The notes beneath the pieces are model-generated. The model had not been told where the DNA came from, searched no databases, and saw only the letters and a list, made by a program, of their open reading frames with translations. The position numbers and the translations under genes were made by a program. This document shows positions 58,481 to 64,000 of a stretch of DNA of 64,000 bases, piece after piece (position 1 is the first letter of the stretch; the number at the start of each line of letters is the position of its first letter). This DNA is from a virus, in the IMG/VR virus record IMGVR_UViG_3300031705_000002, positions 30,958 through 94,957 of that record; one strand, written 5' to 3'.

Positions 58481-60379
58481 ATGATCAAGTTCGTAGGAAA
58501 TCCAAGGTTAGTTGATTGTTGTGAAGTAAGCACAATCGATGAAGCAGTGGCATACTGTGAATCTAAATCAATACTAGGAGTAGACACAGAGACAACAGGT
58601 CTTAACTTCATGGAATCAGAGATGACCATGCTACAAATAGGTGATGAAGATACACAGTTTGTTATTGACACACGAGCTGTAAATATTATCCCCCTGAAGA
58701 AGGTACTTGAGAACAAGCATATTACAAAAGTATTGCACAATGTTAAGTTTGACTACAAATTCTTATTAAAGAATGGTATAAGACTGAACAATGTATGGGA
58801 TACTATGCTTGCCTCTCAAGTATTAAATTGTGGGAAACAAGTATCACACAGCTTAAGCAACTTAGTCTCTTCTCATCTACATATTGAAATGAGTAAAGAG
58901 ATAAGAACTACATTTATAGGTTATACTGGGGAATTCACAGAGTCTCAAATAGTATATGGAGCTAAAGATGTAGAGTATCTATTAAATTTGCAAGCGTTGC
59001 AGATTAAATACATTGAAGATTTGGACATGGTAATGCTGATGCAGTTAGAGAACGACGCATCATTAGCTTATGGTGACATAGAATTCAATGGTATTGCATT
59101 AGATATACCACGATGGAATGAGTTAGCACTAGATGCAGAGAAATCTAGAGTTGAGATGGAACACACATTAGATGACTTCGTCAAAACTAAAGAATCTCTA
59201 TCTCAATTTAATGCTACACACTTCCAAACAGACATGTTCATGGAAGACACAGACATCCGTAAGATTGATGTGAAATGGACATCACCTAAACAAGTGTTGA
59301 ATGTATTTAACACTTATGGCATTGATGTAGAAGATGTGAATGCAAATACACTACTTCCATTTAGAAAGGATGAGTTTATTGACATTTATATTAAATACAA
59401 AGAACAAGCAAAGCTATCCACAAGCTATGGAGATAAGTTCCTACAAAATGTAGACTCAGATAACAGAGTTAGAACAAACTTCAAGCAAATACTTAACACA
59501 GGTAGGATAGCTTCATCATCACCTAATATGCAACAGATACCAGCTAACAACAAGTATCGTAATTGTTTTATATCAGGTAATAGTGATTGGGTATTTGTAT
59601 CAAGTGATTATTCTTCACAAGAATTAGCAATTATAGCAACAGGTAGTAAAGATCCTGTATGGCTTAAAGCGTTAGAAGAAGGTAAGGATCTTCACAGTGT
59701 ATGTGCAGCATTAGTATATGGTGACAAATGGAGGGATGCAGCTGAAGTTGGTTGCTCTTATTATGCGTATGCTAATTTAGGTGGAGGCACAGAGCGTGCG
59801 CAACTTAAATGCAAGTGCAAGGAACACAAGAAACTCAGAACAAATGTTAAATCAATTAACTTTGGTTTAGCTTATGGTATGGGTCCAATGAAACTTGCAG
59901 ATACACTACTCATTTCAGAGAAAGCAGCAGAGAGGTTAATCAAAGACTATTTCAAAGCATTTCCCTCAATTGAGAACTTCCTTAAAAACTTAGGTACCTA
60001 CGGACTACAAACAGGACATATCAAAACATATGCTCCTTATCGTAGAATGAGATGGTTCCCAGAGTGGAGGGGTTATGAAACTCCTCAAAAGGATAAAGGT
60101 AAAATTGAACGTGCAAGTAAGAACACACCAATTCAAGGTAGTGGAGCTGATATGTGTAAATCAGCATTAGTATTAGTGCGTGATTACATATATGAGAACG
60201 ACTACCCTGCTAAAATAGTAATGACTGTACACGATCAAATTGATACTATAGTTAGAACTGATAAAGCAGAGGAGTGGTGTAGCATATTTCAAGGATTAAT
60301 GGAACAGTCTACTCTAGAGATAATACCTTCGGGTTTATTGAAAGCAGACACAAACATAAGCCAGACATGGGAAAAATAG
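58481..60379 (+). CDS. polA: Family A DNA polymerase with 3'-5' exonuclease
   Basis: Exo motifs DTETTG, HNVKFD, YGAKD; motif A DYSSQE; motif B R..VKSINFGLAYG; motif C VHDQ. Confidence 0.96.
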   Translation: MIKFVGNPRLVDCCEVSTIDEAVAYCESKSILGVDTETTGLNFMESEMTMLQIGDEDTQFVIDTRAVNIIPLKKVLENKHITKVLHNVKFDYKFLLKNGIRLNNVWDTMLASQVLNCGKQVSHSLSNLVSSHLHIEMSKEIRTTFIGYTGEFTESQIVYGAKDVEYLLNLQALQIKYIEDLDMVMLMQLENDASLAYGDIEFNGIALDIPRWNELALDAEKSRVEMEHTLDDFVKTKESLSQFNATHFQTDMFMEDTDIRKIDVKWTSPKQVLNVFNTYGIDVEDVNANTLLPFRKDEFIDIYIKYKEQAKLSTSYGDKFLQNVDSDNRVRTNFKQILNTGRIASSSPNMQQIPANNKYRNCFISGNSDWVFVSSDYSSQELAIIATGSKDPVWLKALEEGKDLHSVCAALVYGDKWRDAAEVGCSYYAYANLGGGTERAQLKCKCKEHKKLRTNVKSINFGLAYGMGPMKLADTLLISEKAAERLIKDYFKAFPSIENFLKNLGTYGLQTGHIKTYAPYRRMRWFPEWRGYETPQKDKGKIERASKNTPIQGSGADMCKSALVLVRDYIYENDYPAKIVMTVHDQIDTIVRTDKAEEWCSIFQGLMEQSTLEIIPSGLLKADTNISQTWEK

Positions 60380-60654
60380 AAGACGTGACAGGAGCAGAGC
60401 TACGCCCAGGAGATTATGTAGCAGTACAGGGGTGGCAAGGGCTAGAGATAGCGAAGGTTAGAAGGTTTTCATCCTCTTGTATGTTGTGTGATTATACACA
60501 CGTTAGAATAGATGGAACTAAATGGGATGGTAGATTACAACCCTACTTACCTAACCATCCTCACACAGCAAGCAATGAAAAATACCCTAACAGAATGCTT
60601 AAAGTATTAAAAGTAGAAAAAGAGCAATATGACAGATACTACCAGAACCTCTAA
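60367..60654 (+). CDS. Hypothetical protein
   Basis: 95 aa; DVTG.EL.PGD.V N-terminus; overlaps both neighbours. Confidence 0.6.
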   Translation: MGKIEDVTGAELRPGDYVAVQGWQGLEIAKVRRFSSSCMLCDYTHVRIDGTKWDGRLQPYLPNHPHTASNEKYPNRMLKVLKVEKEQYDRYYQNL

Positions 60655-61801
60655 GCAATTAGAGATAGTAGATACCTGGAAAGATGCTCATGGAATAGGG
60701 ACACTAGTTGGAGCTACAGGTTTTGGAAAGACACGTGTTGGAATGGTTACAATACAGAGAATGCGAGAGGTTAACCCTCAAGTCTCTGTTATTGTAATAG
60801 TACCAACACTAAATCTTAAAGACCAATGGATGGTAGAGTTAACATCTCGCAAGTTAAACAAGAACTGTGAGGTAGTAGTAATAAACACAGCATACAAGAA
60901 CAAGTACAAGTGTGATTTACTAATTCTAGATGAAATCCATTGCTATGGTGCACCATTATTTAAAAAGATATTCGAAACTATCGGATATGACTATATCTTA
61001 GGACTAACAGCTACAATTGAGAGAGCTGATGGGAAACATGATATACTTTTAGAGAGGTGCCCAATAATAGCTGAAGTGACAATAGAAGAATGCCATAAAA
61101 ATGGATGGGTTAGCCCATACACGGTATATAATCTAGCTGTCCCAATGTTACCCGAAGAAACTGCAAGTTATGCCCAAGCTAACAACAAATTTAGGTGGGC
61201 TGCGCAAGTTCTTGGAGGTAGTGGTGGCGATACATTTCGTAGAGCGCAAGCTCTTTTGAAAGGGAGTAGAGGCTCTGACAAAGAAATGGGCGCTGCTGCT
61301 ACTTATTTCTCCTCAATTAAGAAGAGAGGTGACATTTGTAAGAACTCTAAGGCTAAATTTAGTATAATCGAACAGATTATAAGTAAATATAGTGATAGAA
61401 AAGCCATTATTTTCAGTGATTCGACTGCATTTGCAGATGAATTGCAAGAAATATTAGGCGAAACGTGTTTAAGTTTCCACAGCAAGCAATCAAAAAAGGT
61501 AAGAACAGAGGTACTAAAGAAATTCAAAGACGGTAGAACTAAACAACGTGTAATAAGCGCAGTGAAGGCTCTAAATGCAGGCTTTGATGTACCAGACTGC
61601 TCATTAGGAATTGTCGCAGCAGGGAACTCCCGTAAGCTTGACAATATACAGCGAACAGGTCGTATCATTAGGTATGTACCTGGGAAGAAAGCTGTAATCA
61701 TTAACCTATACGCACCCGACACACAAGAGGTGACTTGGCTAACAAATAGACAAGAGGGACAAGAGGTAATCTGGATAGAGAGTGTAGAAGAAATCAATTA
61801 A
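60629..61801 (+). CDS. Superfamily 2 (DExH) helicase
   Basis: ATGFGKT, DEIH, TAT and QRTGRIIR motifs. Confidence 0.93.
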   Translation: MTDTTRTSKQLEIVDTWKDAHGIGTLVGATGFGKTRVGMVTIQRMREVNPQVSVIVIVPTLNLKDQWMVELTSRKLNKNCEVVVINTAYKNKYKCDLLILDEIHCYGAPLFKKIFETIGYDYILGLTATIERADGKHDILLERCPIIAEVTIEECHKNGWVSPYTVYNLAVPMLPEETASYAQANNKFRWAAQVLGGSGGDTFRRAQALLKGSRGSDKEMGAAATYFSSIKKRGDICKNSKAKFSIIEQIISKYSDRKAIIFSDSTAFADELQEILGETCLSFHSKQSKKVRTEVLKKFKDGRTKQRVISAVKALNAGFDVPDCSLGIVAAGNSRKLDNIQRTGRIIRYVPGKKAVIINLYAPDTQEVTWLTNRQEGQEVIWIESVEEIN

Positions 61802-61811
61802 AAACAAAGAG

Positions 61812-62570
61812 ATGGGAATATTAGTAAATTTTCAAGAGTTAGGTAACTATACAGTACCTGAACAAACAGATACTTACGTACCAGTGAGTCATCAGCAGTT
61901 AGTACAAACAGTTAAAAGAATAGGTAGCGATCATTTCAATCAAGAACCTATTGACGGTAGCTTTGAAGTAAACAGAACAGGAGATCAGTTCTTCGGTTCT
62001 CTCTCTTGGCAAGGAGATGGTGAGTCTAACCTATCAATAGGATTTAGAAACTCATACAACAAGAGCCTATCAGTGGGCTTATGCGTAGGAGCAGAGATTG
62101 TAGTATGCTCTAACTTAATGTTCGCTGGAGATGTAGTAAAGATGCGTAAGCATACAGGGAATGTAATCGATGACCTTGAAACGTTAGTAACAGACCTAGT
62201 GCAACACGCAGATGGTAGTTACCACGAGATCATACAGGATACAATCTTAATGCAGAACTTTGAACTGTCTGATACAATGGTTGGAGACTTCCTTGGACAA
62301 ATGTTTGTTAATGAACAGATACTCAATGGCTCTCAAATCAAGAAAGCTAAAGACGAATGGTTCCATTCACACACATTTAAGGAAAGAACTCTTTGGTCAG
62401 CATACAATGCGTGTACAGAAGCTTTAAAGTCTGCACACACATCACATGCATTGAACAAGCATACAGACCTGCACAAGTTTACAGAGAAGTATTACTTGAA
62501 AGACTATAGAAACCATCTTGATGAGCAATATTTAGACCTTATCGAGACAGAGAACTCTCTATCTTTATAG
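61812..62570 (+). CDS. DUF932-family protein
   Basis: Y.PVSH, NSYNK, VCSNL and TLWSAYNA.TE motifs. Confidence 0.82.
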   Translation: MGILVNFQELGNYTVPEQTDTYVPVSHQQLVQTVKRIGSDHFNQEPIDGSFEVNRTGDQFFGSLSWQGDGESNLSIGFRNSYNKSLSVGLCVGAEIVVCSNLMFAGDVVKMRKHTGNVIDDLETLVTDLVQHADGSYHEIIQDTILMQNFELSDTMVGDFLGQMFVNEQILNGSQIKKAKDEWFHSHTFKERTLWSAYNACTEALKSAHTSHALNKHTDLHKFTEKYYLKDYRNHLDEQYLDLIETENSLSL

Positions 62571-63041
62571 AAATAGTATAAGTAGAGCGTAGGATACTAG
62601 CTCAAATATGGGTATTGGAAGAAGTCCTGAAAGGAGTAACACCACTAGTAGAAGAAGAATAGCTCCCTTTGTTAATTCATAGGGATCTTTCTTCTTACTA
62701 TACTCTAAAAAGAATAGTGTGGGTTGACACAAGAAGAACAGCGCTGCAAACATATTATGAAATGAACTAAAATTCTTCATATCATAAATACTTACAAGCA
62801 TAAGAGAGGCTAAACCTACAAATACCAAGAAAGGTTTAACGTTTCTTCGTTTGTATAGTACAGCAAGTATGGTTGTTTGTAACACTATGAAGTAAGAGAA
62901 ATACTTCTTAGTTGCAGGGTGAGCACCCATCACAGAGAAAGGGGTGCTATAAAAACTCCACCCATCGATGGCAAGTGCCATATTCAAAAGTAAGATGATT
63001 GTGATAAGGAGTACGCCTCCCTTGGCTACTTTTACTCCCAT
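62565..63041 (-). CDS. Multi-TM membrane protein (DUF998/Frag1-like), antisense to its neighbours
   Basis: About five hydrophobic helices; S.MG...F and H..FA..FF pattern; upstream TACCTTTA element. Confidence 0.6.
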   Translation of the reverse strand: MGVKVAKGGVLLITIILLLNMALAIDGWSFYSTPFSVMGAHPATKKYFSYFIVLQTTILAVLYKRRNVKPFLVFVGLASLMLVSIYDMKNFSSFHNMFAALFFLCQPTLFFLEYSKKKDPYELTKGAILLLLVVLLLSGLLPIPIFELVSYALLILFL

Positions 63042-63100
63042 TATTAAGTATTATATGATTGTATCATATAAAGGTAGGGAATTAAGAACAAGAAATTCAG

Positions 63101-63108
63101 TACATTTG
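63101..63108 (+). promoter_or_regulatory. Bacteroidota -7 promoter element
   Basis: TACATTTG about 30 nt upstream of the ATG at 63139. Confidence 0.5.
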
Positions 63109-63138
63109 TACAAATATTAACTAGTAAAAAGCTATAAA

Positions 63139-63417
63139 ATGAGCGAAAAAACAGAAGAGATTGCAGAAGTAGGTGGAATATCAATACACTTGCTTGACGA
63201 GGAAATAACCATAATTGAAGGGCTTATTAAGGAGACTAAGTATCCTCATGATTTTATTACGAATCTGGATGCTATGAGTATTCCTACAGACCGTAAATTA
63301 GTTATCATGTATCATTTTGCTCAAGGGCATATGTATAGTGCTATCGGTTCATTTATGGGAGAAGCATTACCTAAAATGATGGGGTTAGCTCCTTCAGAAG
63401 AGGGATTAAAAGAATAA
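63139..63417 (+). CDS. Hypothetical protein
   Basis: 92-aa ORF. Confidence 0.6.
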   Translation: MSEKTEEIAEVGGISIHLLDEEITIIEGLIKETKYPHDFITNLDAMSIPTDRKLVIMYHFAQGHMYSAIGSFMGEALPKMMGLAPSEEGLKE

Positions 63418-63550
63418 GAGAGCAAGCTACTTGAACGCTGCACCCAAGTCCTCGTCATTTATACATTGTTTTTGTGAATAATTACATACCTATAATTCAT
63501 CTAGACGGGGCACACCTAAAGTAAAGGACATACTTATTAAAAACCAAACT

Positions 63551-63781
63551 ATGGAAAAGAGCAGACTAAAGCATAAAAAGATTGTACGTAGAATGTATAA
63601 GGATACCCGAGAGGAAGAGAGAGCGACAGTAAGAGCGCATCTAAAAAGTATAAACGCAGTGTACAAAGGTTCGTATGAGTTAGTGATGGGATACGAAATG
63701 CCACGCTCTTATGGAAGCATAAGTAGAGAAGGTCCTAATTACAGAATGCAAGGCGCTACCCTGAACGGGCAGAAACTTTAA
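63551..63781 (+). CDS. Hypothetical basic protein
   Basis: 76-aa ORF. Confidence 0.55.
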   Translation: MEKSRLKHKKIVRRMYKDTREEERATVRAHLKSINAVYKGSYELVMGYEMPRSYGSISREGPNYRMQGATLNGQKL

Positions 63782-63891
63782 CGAGAGGTGACTGCGTGAG
63801 TGTTACTAAAGGAATCTTGAAATGGATTTAAAAGTCAGCGTGGGGACGATGGGGATTGTCCTCACCATGGACTAACTAAAACAAGACTAAG

Positions 63892-64000
63892 ATGGAACAA
63901 CCAAAAAAAGAAGGAAGCTATGTGTGTAGAATGGATAATGGTTATATAAAGATGTGCTACTACACAGGCACAGAATGGTTAGATATGTGGGAAACTACAT
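63892..64000 (+). CDS. Partial small protein (DUF551-like)
   Basis: MEQPKKEGSYVCRMDNGYIKMCYYTGTEW..., runs off the window. Confidence 0.45.
   Translation, partial: MEQPKKEGSYVCRMDNGYIKMCYYTGTEWLDMWETT

Noticed and set aside
48578-60379. Inteins or introns in terL or polA
   Set aside because: Both are of ordinary length with contiguous motifs and no splice-junction signatures seen.
54971-61797. Minus-strand ORFs at 54971, 55062, 55549, 56092, 58477 and 61303
   Set aside because: Shadows of plus-strand genes or of the candidate ncRNA; no protein-like motifs.

Overview
The window is part of a crAss-like phage (Crassvirales) genome using the standard genetic code. The host is most likely an aquatic Bacteroidota (Flavobacteriia-type): TAnnTTTG promoters, A-rich start contexts without Shine-Dalgarno sites, and signal peptides followed by Gln all point that way. 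Positions 1-54.4 kb are a minus-strand late/structural block: PhoH, PD-(D/E)xK nuclease, HU-like, Zn finger, GroES, terminase, portal, scaffold, major capsid, ring and auxiliary-capsid genes, a ~19 kb array of giant Cys-rich metzincin-fold proteins, a cassette of secreted/envelope proteins, M15 endolysin, two copies of a holin/metallophosphoesterase/ring/IHF-like block, a tail fibre, and a >1985-aa tail stabilisation (muzzle) gene running off the left edge. From ~55 kb a divergent plus-strand early/replication block carries small ORFs, PolA, an SF2 helicase and DUF932. The best leads are: (i) four metzincin-fold proteins, two apparently active and two dead, sharing a C-terminal Cys-helix motif; (ii) a secreted-protein cassette (beta-barrel, CxxC-less thioredoxin, YfiM-like, T9SS-type cargo) inside the lysis region; (iii) a ~590-nt ORF-free, helix-rich region that may be a large ncRNA, plus a tRNA-like minihelix; (iv) an unlisted 54-aa gene resembling a stand-alone ribonucleotide reductase redox tail behind a structured leader; (v) the duplicated four-gene block. 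All family calls come from motif recognition and synteny by eye; no database search was run.
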